Shown: positions 42,801 through 53,026, counted from the first letter of the stretch. The stretch: DNA of 64,000 nt from Nitrosopumilaceae archaeon (GCA_965208905.1 OZ242365.1:1824001-1888000), one strand, 5' to 3'. Notes: generated by a model from the letters alone, not told the origin. Translations and numbers: made by a program.

Positions 42801-45800
42801 CGCCCACGCCGACCTCTTCGAGGTGGCTGACGGCACGACCCTCCAGCTCAAGCCAGGCCAGAGTGTCACCCCCGGTACTGCCTACCGGATTAACATCACC
42901 GCCTCCGGACCAGACCTCTTTGGCGGCAATAGCCACCACCGGATCATCCAGGTCACCGCCGTCAAGCCCATCGACCGCTTCTTAGACGATCCTGGTCAAG
43001 CCCCCGACCATGCCTTCGTCACCACTTGGACCACCAACACCTCCAACCAGACCATACAATTCCATGTCCGCGGATCTGACATCACCATCTACTGGGGCGA
43101 CAACAACACCACCCACGTCTCCGGCCCCCAGACCCACACCTACACAAAACCCGGAACTTACGTCGTTATCATCACCGGCGGCCTTGAGCGGTTCCACCTA
43201 GACAAAGGTCCCGGTGGGGCCAGTCTGTCCTCAATTGACCAGTGGGGCAGCAGTTCGTGGACCAGTATGGTGGATGCCTTCAATGGTGCCGCCAACATGG
43301 TTTACCGGGCGACCGATGCCCCAGATCTCTCTCGCGTCACTGACATGTCCAGAATGTTCCGGAATGCCTCCTCCTTCAACGGCAACATCTCCGCCTGGGA
43401 TGTCTCCTCCGTCACCGACATGTACGATATATTCCATAACGCCACCTCCTTCAACCAACCCCTCAACGAATGGGACGTCTCCTCGGTGACCAGCATGCAC
43501 GGCATGTTCAACGGCGCCACCTCCTTCAACCAACCCCTCAACGAATGGGACGTCTCCTCGGTGACCGGCATGTGGGATATGTTCAGCCACGCCACCTCCT
43601 TCAACCAACCCCTCAACGAATGGGACGTCTCCTCGGTGACCGGCATGTGGGATATGTTCAGCCACGCCACCTCCTTCAACCAACCCCTCAACGAATGGGA
43701 CGTCTCCTCGGCGACCCATATGGGCGCCATGTTCCATAACGCCACCTCCTTCAACCAACCCCTCAACGAATGGGATGTCTCCTCGGCGACTGATATGTGG
43801 TACATGTTCGCCCACGCCACCTCCTTCAACGGCGACATCTCCACCTGGGACGTCTCCTCGGCGACCCATATGGGCGCCATGTTCCATCACGCCACCTCCT
43901 TCAACCAACCCCTCAACGAATGGGACGTCTCCTCGGTGACTGATATGTGGAGCATGTTCAACGGCGCCACCTCCTTCAACCAGAATATCTCCTCTTGGGA
44001 CGTCTCCTCGGTGATCACTATGTTCGGAATGTTCCAAAGCGCCACCTCCTTCAACCAGCCCCTAGACCGCTGGGATGTCTCCTCGGTCACCGACATGTCC
44101 TACATGTTCGCCGGCGCCACCTCCTTCAACCAACCCCTCAATACCTGGAACGTCTCCTCGGCGACCCATATGGGCGCCATGTTCCATAACGCCACCTCCT
44201 TCAACGGCGACATCTCCTCTTGGGACGTCTCCTCGGCGACCCATATGGGCGCCATGTTCCATAACGCCACCTCCTTCAACGGCGACATCTCCTCTTGGAA
44301 TGTCTCCTCAGCGATAGAAATGTTACAGATGTTTGCCAATACGCCCTCCTTCAACCAGAACTTGGGTAGCTGGTACATCGTGATAGACAACACGTACATC
44401 GACAGGTCGGATGTCCCCGGCGCAGTCGGGGATATATCGGCCCTGAACTCCATTCTGGACAGGCAGAACCCCACCTATCTGATAGAGCCGGGCGACGACT
44501 CGCATAGATTCGCCATAACCGACGGCAATCGCCTCAGCATGGTCTCGGCAACCGCCAACCAGACTACCTACACGGTCACCATAACCGCCTCAGGAGATTC
44601 AGTCTTTGGTGACGGTAACAACCGGCGGACAATCCAAGTGACATTGGTGGGTGAGCCTAGCGACTCCCTACTGGATGCCGGGCAGCCGAGTCCGATTATA
44701 TCGGGACCGAGCCCAACCTCAGTGGTCTTTGACGGCTCGGGTGGGTTTGATGCCTTGGACGGGGCTAATGATGTGGATGTTTTCGAGGTCTGGGACCGGA
44801 CGTACGCCATAGTGGCGGCTTGGGATGATGGGGCGATTCAGATCATGGACATCACCGACCCGGCCAGCCCGGTTGCGGTCTCGGCGGTCTTTGGCGGTTT
44901 GGGTGGATTTGACACTCTGGACGGCGCGAATGGAGTAGAGACGTTTGGGGGCGGGAACCGGACGTACGCCATAGTGACTGCTGCGCGTGGTGACGCGGTG
45001 CAGATCATGGACATCACCAACCCGGCCAGCCCGGTTCCGATCTCGTCTGTCTTTGATGATTCGGGAGGGTTTGACGCTTTGGGCGGAGCGAACGATGTAG
45101 TTGTGTTCGGGAGCGGGAACCGCACGTACGCCATAGTGGCGGCTTGGGATGATGGGGCGATTCAGATCATGGACATCACCAACCCGGCCAGCCCGGTTGC
45201 GGTCTCGGCGGTCTTTGATGATTCGGGTGGGTTTGTTGCTCTGGCCGGGGCAAATGACATGGCTGTGTTCGATAGCGGGAACCAGACCTATGCCATAGTG
45301 ACCGCCTACAACGATGACGGGGTGCAAATAATAGACATCACCGACCCGGCCAGCCTGGTTCCGGTCTCGGCGGCCTTTGGCCCGGGTAGACTCACCACCC
45401 TTGATGGACCGCATGACGTGGCGGTATTCGATAGCGGAAACCGAACATATGCCATAGTGACCGCCGAGAATGATGATGGTGTGCAAATAATGGACATCAC
45501 CAACCCAGCCAACCCGGTTCCAGTCTCGGCGGCCTACGACGGCTTGTGGGGGTTCAGAGCGTTGAATGGGGCGACAAACGTGGAGGTGTTCTATAGTGGG
45601 AACCGCACCTATGCCATAGTGACAGCTTTCGACGATGATGGTGTGCAAATAATGGACATCACCAACCCAGCCAACCCGGTTCCGATCTCGGCTACCTACG
45701 ACGGCTCGGTGGCGCTCGGCGCCTTGGACGGGGTAAATGGTGTGGAGGTGTTTGGGAGTGGAGACCGGACGTACGTTATAGTGACCGCCATCAACGATGA

Positions 45801-47127
45801 CGGCGTGCAGATAATGGACATTACAGACCTAGCCAATCTGGAATCGACGGTATTTGGTGATTCAGTAGAGGTTGACGTAGAGCCGGGAGTGAGTCAAGAA
45901 TTGGCAGATGTGATTCTGGGAGCCACGAACAGCACGGAGTTGGCAGGTGCGGTGTTCGGTGTCGGAGATCGCACATATGCTGTGGTGTCCACACTGTATG
46001 ATAACTCCACGCAGATTATGGACATCACCAACCCGGCCAGCCCGGCTCCTACCTCGACCGTCTTTGATGATTCAGAGGAGCACTACGCACTATCCTTTTC
46101 ACATGATATGGATGAGTTCGTGGTCGGGGACCGGTCATATGCGATAGTGGCCGCCTCGTATGACGGTAGCGTCCAGATCATGGATGTCACCGATCCTGCA
46201 AGTATATCACACACCTCGGTGGTCCTTGATGGCGTGGCGGATCTCAGCGCTGTAGACAAAGAGATTGATGTAGAAACGTTCGTTGTCGGGGACAGCACCT
46301 ACGCGATAGTAGCCACCTTGTATGGTGGCGGAGTATACATCATAGACATCACCAACCCTGCAAACCCAACACACACCTCGGCGGTTCTTGACGGCTCAGG
46401 GGAGCTTGGCGATACGAGCATTCGGCTCGACATGGAGGTGTTTAGAGTCGGGGATCGCATGTATGTCATGGTGGCCGCCTGGCCGGGTGGCGGAGTATAC
46501 ATCATAGACATCACCAACCCTGCAAACCCATCGTCCATCACCTCACTGGTCCTTGATGATTCGGAGTTACGCAGCCTCTTGTTTGATCCGTTTGATGTGG
46601 GAGTGTTCGGAGGTGAAGACCATACATACGCCATAATGGCATCCGCCACCAACATCGACATCATGAACATCACCAACCCTGCAAACCCATCCCCCATCCA
46701 GCAGGAGGCCACCGTTGGGATGTTGGGCCAATATATCTTGCTTGTGCCGTATCATATGGATGTGTTCGAAGGTGAAGGCCGCACATACGCCATGATAACA
46801 ACCCTAATTGGAGGGGTCCACATCATCATAGACATCACCGACCCGACCAACCAGACACTAGTCTGGCCGGTCGGCGATCTCTCGGACACATTTGGACCGG
46901 AGTTCATTACGTTTTTTGCTGACGTATTGGGTGCTGAATCCGAACTTTCCACCACTCATGAAGAGTTCCCAGGATTCATTACACTTTTTTCTGATGTGTT
47001 CAGGAGCGGAGACCACACGTATGCGATAACATCACTTTTGCCTACAGGTACCAGAATCGTGGACATCACCGACCTCTCTAACCCGGTCCCCATCTCGATG
47101 AGCCTTGGTCTTGTACGGGATGAGTGA
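39802..47127 (+). CDS. 2441-aa secreted surface protein: N-terminal 7-blade LVIVD-like propeller, two BspA/DUF285 modules, C-terminal LVIVD-like propellers
   Basis: Signal peptide; RTYAVV..GVQIIDIT.PASP blades; FITTWKT/WGD caps; 12 + 14 DUF285 units. Confidence 0.9.
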   Translation: MQECSTLAMMAMVIVTALATIGFVISGAEASLVVSPVAAISDGMDGFTALDGAYDVAIAEISDRTYAVVTARYDNDGSVQIIDITVPASPVPVAEFDTLGVEWAGDLAIAEISGRTYAVVTVYRHFYHGVQIIDITVPASPVPVNAATDGVDGFTALDGVYDVTIAEISGRTYAVGIGSDGMQIIDITVPASPVPVNAATDGVDGFTALDGVYDVTIAEISGRTYAVGIGSDGMQIIDITVPASPVPVNAATDGVDGFTALDRASDVAIAEISGRTYAVVTSWDFHNGVQIIDITVPASPVPVAEFDTRGYGTGDVAIAEISGRTYAVVTGNNGVQIIDITRSYFPIWVAAATDGVGGFTALDGAGGVAIAEISGRTYAVVTAINDDGGVQIIDIAVMDDPRPTGAIITSTHSRNGTVTAAIDLDMSEILRNFSVTVSCGGASTNITGIDISVDGWREHLVLFSKFDLTFIDGSRDKIPDVRIGFNINGTLVDAAYPISFSDANLTVSSTLPYANSALVSISYETADGSSCDIKNQEDQDLNVSGGSEVAHTQQALDQRPFITTWKTDATNQTITVPLGGYGLTVHWGDGTNSTGVSGPITHTYANAGTYKVSVYGGLEAISLDSHPDATKLVSIDQWGDVSWRTMRSAFHGATNMVYEATDIPDLSHVTDTSNMFAGATSFNGSISAWDVSSVTSMSNMFLNAASFNQNISAWDVSSVTDTSNMFAGATSFNGSISAWDVSSVTYMPGMFKDATSFNGNISTWNISSVTYMGGMFAGATSFNQNISAWDVSSVTSMWRMFHGATSFNQNISAWDVSSVTDMSSMFLDATSFNQDISWDVSSVTFMSHMFAGATSFNGDISAWDVSSVTDMSYMFHGATSFNQNISAWDVSSVTSIYHMFAGASSFNQPLNTWDVSSVATIFGMFAGASSFNQPLDSWDISSVTYMAGMFKDATSFNQNLGPWYITLNNLAVSNDERTVGNISVQNRMLASHKPTYSVAGAHADLFEVADGTTLQLKPGQSVTPGTAYRINITASGPDLFGGNSHHRIIQVTAVKPIDRFLDDPGQAPDHAFVTTWTTNTSNQTIQFHVRGSDITIYWGDNNTTHVSGPQTHTYTKPGTYVVIITGGLERFHLDKGPGGASLSSIDQWGSSSWTSMVDAFNGAANMVYRATDAPDLSRVTDMSRMFRNASSFNGNISAWDVSSVTDMYDIFHNATSFNQPLNEWDVSSVTSMHGMFNGATSFNQPLNEWDVSSVTGMWDMFSHATSFNQPLNEWDVSSVTGMWDMFSHATSFNQPLNEWDVSSATHMGAMFHNATSFNQPLNEWDVSSATDMWYMFAHATSFNGDISTWDVSSATHMGAMFHHATSFNQPLNEWDVSSVTDMWSMFNGATSFNQNISSWDVSSVITMFGMFQSATSFNQPLDRWDVSSVTDMSYMFAGATSFNQPLNTWNVSSATHMGAMFHNATSFNGDISSWDVSSATHMGAMFHNATSFNGDISSWNVSSAIEMLQMFANTPSFNQNLGSWYIVIDNTYIDRSDVPGAVGDISALNSILDRQNPTYLIEPGDDSHRFAITDGNRLSMVSATANQTTYTVTITASGDSVFGDGNNRRTIQVTLVGEPSDSLLDAGQPSPIISGPSPTSVVFDGSGGFDALDGANDVDVFEVWDRTYAIVAAWDDGAIQIMDITDPASPVAVSAVFGGLGGFDTLDGANGVETFGGGNRTYAIVTAARGDAVQIMDITNPASPVPISSVFDDSGGFDALGGANDVVVFGSGNRTYAIVAAWDDGAIQIMDITNPASPVAVSAVFDDSGGFVALAGANDMAVFDSGNQTYAIVTAYNDDGVQIIDITDPASLVPVSAAFGPGRLTTLDGPHDVAVFDSGNRTYAIVTAENDDGVQIMDITNPANPVPVSAAYDGLWGFRALNGATNVEVFYSGNRTYAIVTAFDDDGVQIMDITNPANPVPISATYDGSVALGALDGVNGVEVFGSGDRTYVIVTAINDDGVQIMDITDLANLESTVFGDSVEVDVEPGVSQELADVILGATNSTELAGAVFGVGDRTYAVVSTLYDNSTQIMDITNPASPAPTSTVFDDSEEHYALSFSHDMDEFVVGDRSYAIVAASYDGSVQIMDVTDPASISHTSVVLDGVADLSAVDKEIDVETFVVGDSTYAIVATLYGGGVYIIDITNPANPTHTSAVLDGSGELGDTSIRLDMEVFRVGDRMYVMVAAWPGGGVYIIDITNPANPSSITSLVLDDSELRSLLFDPFDVGVFGGEDHTYAIMASATNIDIMNITNPANPSPIQQEATVGMLGQYILLVPYHMDVFEGEGRTYAMITTLIGGVHIIIDITDPTNQTLVWPVGDLSDTFGPEFITFFADVLGAESELSTTHEEFPGFITLFSDVFRSGDHTYAITSLLPTGTRIVDITDLSNPVPISMSLGLVRDE
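40191..40586 (+). repeat. Perfect 156-bp tandem duplication of a propeller blade (about 2.5 copies)
   Basis: Identical units starting at 40191, 40347 and 40503. Confidence 0.9.
41794..42690 (+). repeat. DUF285 coding array, 12 units
   Basis: 75-bp period (one 72-bp unit); GCCACCTCCTTCAA and TGGGAYGTCTCCTC scaffold. Confidence 0.9.
43324..44373 (+). repeat. DUF285 coding array, 14 units
   Basis: 75-bp period; repeated THMGAMFHN and NQPLNE cassettes. Confidence 0.9.
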
Positions 47128-47227
47128 TGTGAAGGTGTCCGGGGATGATTTGATACGCATAAACTTTTGTATATCTCCAATCCACCACCTGAATTTGCTT
47201 TATATATGGTTAAACTAGCCGTGTTAC

Positions 47228-49753
47228 ATGCGCCTTGCCATAGCTTTGATGATGCTGGTACTGACAGGCACAGTTGGATTGGTTGCTGCTCAACCCTATG
47301 TAGACACTGTTACATTCATCAGAGTGGGTGAGGTAGAAGATGCTGTTGAAGGATTACAAAACGGCACATTGGACATGTACTATTACAGCATACCTCCACA
47401 TCTTATAGTTGATGCCGAAGACCTTGTTTTACACACGATACCTGCGGGCGGTTCCCTAAGTCTGTTGGTGAATCCTGCCGAGGGTGATGAGTTTAACCCA
47501 TTCCAGTTGCAACTTGTACGTTTTGCCCTCAACTATATGGTTGATCGTGATGGTATTGTGGATGAAATGTTGGGAGGATATGGGGCCCCTATGATATCAC
47601 CATTTGCACCCCACGACTCTTACTATATCACAACCTTGAAGCAGACTGAGTCGCTTGGCTTCTTTTATGATATTGGTGTGGCTCAAACCATAATAGATGG
47701 CGCCATGACAGATGCTGGAGCCGTGATGGAGGATGGTGTCTGGACTATGAACGATAAACCTGTGCAGATAACGATATTCCTCCGGGATGATGACCCATTA
47801 CGATTAAGCATTGGGGAGACGTTGGCATCAAATCTGGAGGATGTTGGATTTGTAGTAGAGCGCATGTATGGTGATTTGGCATTAGTGTATGATGTTGTGT
47901 ACGGTGCAAACCCCGGCAATCTGGAGTGGCATATATACACTGAAGGCTGGGGCGGCTCATTCTCTGCGGATAGTAGCAGTAGATTGGCCATCTTTTATGC
48001 ACCATGGACCAACAATATGCCGGGAGGTAACAATCAGGAGTTTTGGAATTATGAACATGCTGAACTCGATGAAATAACACAGAACATATACTACGATAAT
48101 TATGATGATGAGGCACACCGCAATGATCTTATACAGCAGGCTACGGTCTTGGGCGTGTTTGAGTCAGTACGAATCTTTTTGGTAGCACAAGCCGACACGT
48201 TTGTGACAAATGAGCGTGTAAAGGGTGTGGTTAATCACATAAACGGTGGAATATCCAACAGCTTGACACTTACAAATGCACAGACTCCATCTGATGATCT
48301 AAAAATTGGTGTGAGACACCTCAGCCAATCCTCTTGGAATCCGATAGCTGGTTTTGGTGATGTATACAGCTCAGATATCGCAGGACCACTGGGCATACCA
48401 TCTGCAATAGGACATCCACATACAGGCTATCTACTGCCCCACGCAGTACAGCGTAATGCGACTACTGCCGGGCCGGATGGAACTTTGGAGGTACCACCTG
48501 ATGTATTCCGTTGGGATCCATACACACAAGAGTGGATGGAGGTTGGAGAGAATGCTACGGCTATAACGATGGTGACACTAAACTACACATTCAGTAACTG
48601 GCACCATGGCCAGGCTGCAGATATGAATGATGTCATATACACAATGTACTTTGAGCGTGAGTGGGGTACCATTACAAGTGAGAATGATACAACTTGGGAT
48701 ACTGCATATACTCAGGCTGTGAATAGCAGCCCGGATATACTGGTTGGCGCAAGACCTACTGGCAATGACACTATGGATGTATACATCAACTACTGGCACT
48801 TTGAGCCCACTGCACTTGCCAACGCGGGAGTCTGGTGGGTTAGCATGCCTTGGGAGATAATGTATGCGATGGAGGGTGTTGTAATTGATGGTGACACAAA
48901 GTTCTCAGACACTGATGCACTGACCAATAATGTCTCTTGGCTGTCACTGTTGGATTCGGATGATGTATCACTAATTCGGGCGAAACTGGTCTCTTTCTTG
49001 GAAGAGGGTAGCGTGCCCAAGCCTCTGGAGGGAATGGATTCCGAATATTACACTGCCAGATATCAGGCAGCAATATCTTGGATTGATCAGTATGGACATG
49101 CATACATAGACAATGGCCCCTTCAGCCTTACAAGCTATGATGATGAATCTGGTATTGCAGTCTTGACCGCCTTCCGAGATGACACGTACCCGTTTACCAA
49201 GGGAGTTTGGTCTCACTTTAGTGAACCAATATTCCCCACAGTGGTTGGTATATCTGCACCCAGTCTCAAGACAGATGAAAAATACGACTTTGATGTCTTT
49301 ACTACAAACACTGATGCGCTAAACTACTTTTTGAGTCATGAGACCGGAGTATTGATAGACAGCGGCCAGGTCAATGCGACGGGAGCCGATACCATAACCA
49401 TACCTGCCAATACTATATCTGATGTGGATACGTGCTCATTGAAACTACGTCTTTATGCGCTGTCTGATGTAATACTGATACCGGATACTTTTGAAACCAC
49501 AATTGATGTGACACAATGTGGCACATCTGTGGAGGAGAGGCTAGCCGAGCTGGGAGTGACCGAGAAGGGTGAATTCCTAAGAACTTTGGCTAGTGTGGTG
49601 GAGTCGGCAATGGAGAGCGATAGTATTGCTGTGGAAGAGATAATACGAATAGTGGATGATGAAGAGCTAAGCGAGGCATCCATCATACTACTTACCATAA
49701 TACTGGATGATGCTGTTGATGCGGACAGCCTCTTTGAGTATCTACAGCCCTGA
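47228..49753 (+). CDS. Orphan ABC substrate-binding protein family 5 (peptide/oligopeptide), archaeal type
   Basis: Signal peptide; FNPFQ..VRFALNYMVDR, YTEGWG, WHHGQ, MPWEI, NGPF. Confidence 0.85.
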   Translation: MRLAIALMMLVLTGTVGLVAAQPYVDTVTFIRVGEVEDAVEGLQNGTLDMYYYSIPPHLIVDAEDLVLHTIPAGGSLSLLVNPAEGDEFNPFQLQLVRFALNYMVDRDGIVDEMLGGYGAPMISPFAPHDSYYITTLKQTESLGFFYDIGVAQTIIDGAMTDAGAVMEDGVWTMNDKPVQITIFLRDDDPLRLSIGETLASNLEDVGFVVERMYGDLALVYDVVYGANPGNLEWHIYTEGWGGSFSADSSSRLAIFYAPWTNNMPGGNNQEFWNYEHAELDEITQNIYYDNYDDEAHRNDLIQQATVLGVFESVRIFLVAQADTFVTNERVKGVVNHINGGISNSLTLTNAQTPSDDLKIGVRHLSQSSWNPIAGFGDVYSSDIAGPLGIPSAIGHPHTGYLLPHAVQRNATTAGPDGTLEVPPDVFRWDPYTQEWMEVGENATAITMVTLNYTFSNWHHGQAADMNDVIYTMYFEREWGTITSENDTTWDTAYTQAVNSSPDILVGARPTGNDTMDVYINYWHFEPTALANAGVWWVSMPWEIMYAMEGVVIDGDTKFSDTDALTNNVSWLSLLDSDDVSLIRAKLVSFLEEGSVPKPLEGMDSEYYTARYQAAISWIDQYGHAYIDNGPFSLTSYDDESGIAVLTAFRDDTYPFTKGVWSHFSEPIFPTVVGISAPSLKTDEKYDFDVFTTNTDALNYFLSHETGVLIDSGQVNATGADTITIPANTISDVDTCSLKLRLYALSDVILIPDTFETTIDVTQCGTSVEERLAELGVTEKGEFLRTLASVVESAMESDSIAVEEIIRIVDDEELSEASIILLTIILDDAVDADSLFEYLQP

Positions 49754-49988
49754 TTGAACCTTGTGATGCACCTACGCTTTTCGTTTATATGATATATCTA
49801 TGCAATCCCAAAATTAGTTAGCCCTCTATGTAACATCATATACTTCACCTGATGGCTCGTCTACCACGGTGTATCTTTGAGTAGATCAAGTTTTGCCATG
49901 ATCCTGTAGTGTTTTTCTCATTCCATACATATCGCTTGTTGATCTTATATCTTAAATAGCGAACTGATTTTCAGGACTATATAGTTAT

Positions 49989-50471
49989 ATGAAGTTCCTT
50001 TTACATCAAATATACTTGAAGACATTGTATCTAGCTAATCCATACGGCTTTTCTGAGTCACAACGTCAGACAATACTGCCACAACTTGTAGATATACTAG
50101 AAGAGATGGGCTTTACAGTGTGGGAACCATTCACTAAAAATCAAGACTTGACACAGCACAATGATCCATACCGCGTAGGACAGGCAGACATGAACGATGT
50201 GTATAACGCCGATGGCATATTTGCCGTTGTAAATGGAACTCCGCCAGATGAGGGTGTCATGGTGGAGCTGGGCATGGCCATTGCCAAGGGCAAACGCATC
50301 TTTCTCTTCCGGGATGACTTTAGACGATGTACAGACACTGATACATACCCATTAAATCTGATGTTGTTTGTTGGATTTGCCAAAGACACATGGAGGGATC
50401 ACTACTATACAAGCATTGATGAGATTAAATCTCCCAGAAAAGCACTATACCAATGGATGCATTCCCAGTAG
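49989..50471 (+). CDS. Nucleoside 2-deoxyribosyltransferase family protein
   Basis: LYLANPYGFS, WEPF, D..DV..AD, PDEGVMVELGMA, NLML. Confidence 0.85.
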   Translation: MKFLLHQIYLKTLYLANPYGFSESQRQTILPQLVDILEEMGFTVWEPFTKNQDLTQHNDPYRVGQADMNDVYNADGIFAVVNGTPPDEGVMVELGMAIAKGKRIFLFRDDFRRCTDTDTYPLNLMLFVGFAKDTWRDHYYTSIDEIKSPRKALYQWMHSQ

Positions 50472-50516
50472 ATACAGAGATTATTTAAATCAGGCAAGTT
50501 ATAATTAATCTGTATA

Positions 50517-51827
50517 ATGACACAGATGTCTGATGCGCGTCAAAACCGCATCACCCCACAAATGAAACAGGTTGCCAGAGACGAGGATGTATCTGAAGAC
50601 TGGCTTGTCCGTCAAATAGCACGCGGCTCCATAATCATACCCTCAAATAATGTAAGGCCGCAGACCATACACAATGTAGGTATAGGAAAAGGTCTAAAGA
50701 CAAAGGTCAATGTCAATATAGGAACATCTACACTACATGAGGATTTGGCCATAGAGAAGGAGAAGGCACGCGTCGCTGTTCAAAATCACGCAGACACCAT
50801 AATGGATTTGAGTGACGGGGGAGATGTGGGCGCAATACGTCGTGCATTACTGGCCGAGGCGCCCATTACATTTGGTACGGTTCCCATATATGAGGCGTAC
50901 AATATGGCCATTACAAAGTACAAAAATCCCATGGCACTGACAGAGGATGACTTTTTAAACGCCTTTGAGAACAATGCCAAAGATGGTGTCGATTACACCA
51001 CTATCCACTGTGGTATTACACGTGATATAGCAAAACGTATACTAGAAACAAAACGGTATGCTGGTGTAGTGAGTAAGGGCGGCACCATTACGGCTGCATG
51101 GATGTTACACCACCAAAAAGAGAACCCATACTATACACACTATGACTACCTGATGGAGGTGGCAGCAAAGTATGATGTAACGTTTAGTCTTGGTGATGCA
51201 CTCCGGCCCGGATCCATACTGGACGCACACGATGAACTGCAGGTGCAAGAGATGATCAATGTAGCCAGACTGACTAAACGTGCGCATGAAAAAGATATAC
51301 AGGTGATGGTGGAGGGACCAGGACACGTTCCATTAAACGAGGTGGCGGCCAATGTACGTCTGGCAAAGTCTCTAATCGGAGATGTTCCGTACTATGTATT
51401 GGGGCCGCTGGTGACCGATATAGCCTCTGGCTATGACCACATAGCCAGTGCCATAGGTGCAGCAGTGTCTGCAGCCGAAGGTGTAGATTTGCTATGTTAT
51501 CTGACTCCGTCTGAACATCTTGCATTACCCAACGCCGAAGAAGTAAAGGAGGGCCTTATCGCTTATCGAATAGCTGCGCATGCTGGAGATCTTGTAAAGA
51601 TACGTGATAAATCTATAAAGTGGGACAGAGATATGAGCGTGGCAAGACGCACACTAGACTGGGAGAAGCAGATATCCCTATCAATAGACCCCGAAAAAGC
51701 CGCTCGTATACATGCAAGAACCGGCCAGCATCCAGGAAATAATGTGCCCTGTACAATGTGTGGCGGTGCATGCGTTTACATAATGCTCCCCAGCCAACGC
51801 TCCTACGCTTCCCAAGAGCAAGAATAG
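50517..51827 (+). CDS. thiC: Phosphomethylpyrimidine synthase
   Basis: KVNVNIGTS, DTIMDLS, GTVPIY, SLGDALRPG, EGPGHVP, CTMCG..C. Confidence 0.96.
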   Translation: MTQMSDARQNRITPQMKQVARDEDVSEDWLVRQIARGSIIIPSNNVRPQTIHNVGIGKGLKTKVNVNIGTSTLHEDLAIEKEKARVAVQNHADTIMDLSDGGDVGAIRRALLAEAPITFGTVPIYEAYNMAITKYKNPMALTEDDFLNAFENNAKDGVDYTTIHCGITRDIAKRILETKRYAGVVSKGGTITAAWMLHHQKENPYYTHYDYLMEVAAKYDVTFSLGDALRPGSILDAHDELQVQEMINVARLTKRAHEKDIQVMVEGPGHVPLNEVAANVRLAKSLIGDVPYYVLGPLVTDIASGYDHIASAIGAAVSAAEGVDLLCYLTPSEHLALPNAEEVKEGLIAYRIAAHAGDLVKIRDKSIKWDRDMSVARRTLDWEKQISLSIDPEKAARIHARTGQHPGNNVPCTMCGGACVYIMLPSQRSYASQEQE

Positions 51828-52175
51828 TATACTGTTTAAAGCTGGCACTGTATCGTATAGTGTTAAATCTGTGGGACGTATCCACCTATATGCAACATTC
51901 TCAGAGTTTAATCGCACATTGCCATGCGCCAAGCACAGTACAGAATGAAGCCATATGCCCTCTGTTATCTTTGTTGAACATGATGATAATGAGCGTATGT
52001 CTACAATTCCAGTCTCTTCATGTATCTCTGTGCGCATTCTATATGGTATTGTTTCATCACCCTCGATGGTGCCGCTGACCGCCGACCACAGTCCTGGCAT
52101 TGTGGGCATAAATTGACTACGTTTTAACAACAGTATCCTGCCACTCTGACACAAGATGGCAGTGACGGCCCGCAT
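51681..52175 (-). CDS. NUDIX hydrolase (C-terminus reads through into the thiC antisense strand)
   Basis: ILLLKRS..MPGLWSAVSGTIEGDE..EIHEETGI Nudix box; ATG overlaps the tyrA stop. Confidence 0.75.
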   Translation of the reverse strand: MRAVTAILCQSGRILLLKRSQFMPTMPGLWSAVSGTIEGDETIPYRMRTEIHEETGIVDIRSLSSCSTKITEGIWLHSVLCLAHGNVRLNSENVAYRWIRPTDLTLYDTVPALNSILFLLLGSVGALAGEHYVNACTATHCTGHIISWMLAGSCMYTSGFFGVY

Positions 52176-53026
52176 CAGGCGTCTATGGCATTGGCCATCT
52201 TTATCATCTTTTTGTAAGCTTTGGCTGAGCTCGTACTGGACTGTATGTTTTCTTGACACTTTTGTATATATGCTAGAATCTCTTCAGTCTTTGACTCCTG
52301 CGTTGCAGTAAGAAGTCTACCTATATCCTTCCACAACTCTTCAGCATGCTTTCGCATCTCTGGATTCGATATTATGGTCTCGATTAAGTCTGCAGATTCA
52401 GACATAATCCCTTCAGATAAAGTGCGTTGTAACTTAAAGGTGGGCCCCGACATCTTTTCAATCAACGGCGTCCTACCATCCTTTGATATCACACTTGCAA
52501 AGCACAGATTCACTAAATGTGGAATACCTAGTATGATGGCCATCTTTTTGTCATGCTCTGATGCATCTATTGTGACAAAGTTTGCACCCGAGAAGAGTTT
52601 CTTGGCTACGTTTAACTCCATCTTGGCATCCCGAACAGGTATGGATACTATGTTACGGTTTTTGAGTGTGCGAATTCCTGGCCCAAACATTGGATGTATG
52701 CATACAGGGTGTATCTTGGCAGGCGTACGGGACAGAGAGCTCATTACCTTTGATTTTTCTGATGATATGTCTATAAGATAAGATCCACGCTTCATCTCCT
52801 TTGCTATGAGTCGTATTATCTCTGGAGTACGTTTTGTGGGTGTACACAACATTACATAGTCGGCCTGCAGTATGCCACTTATTAGAGACTTTGCTACTTT
52901 GACATCCTTTGTGGTGATTTCAGATTCAGTGTCAAAACCCGTAACATCAAATCCAGAGTCCACAAAATACTTTGAAAACCAACTCCCCATCTGTCCCCCA
53001 GATCCAATTAATGTTATCTTCTCCAT
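52175..53026 (-). CDS. tyrA: Prephenate dehydrogenase
   Basis: IGSGGQMGSWF, DISSEK, IHPMFGP, EHDKKMA; start moved to MEKIT. Confidence 0.9.
   Translation of the reverse strand: MEKITLIGSGGQMGSWFSKYFVDSGFDVTGFDTESEITTKDVKVAKSLISGILQADYVMLCTPTKRTPEIIRLIAKEMKRGSYLIDISSEKSKVMSSLSRTPAKIHPVCIHPMFGPGIRTLKNRNIVSIPVRDAKMELNVAKKLFSGANFVTIDASEHDKKMAIILGIPHLVNLCFASVISKDGRTPLIEKMSGPTFKLQRTLSEGIMSESADLIETIISNPEMRKHAEELWKDIGRLLTATQESKTEEILAYIQKCQENIQSSTSSAKAYKKMIKMANAIDA

Noticed and set aside
50472-50516. TPP riboswitch upstream of thiC
   Set aside because: Only 45 bp of intergenic DNA, with a TATA-like box and no CTGAGA aptamer core.
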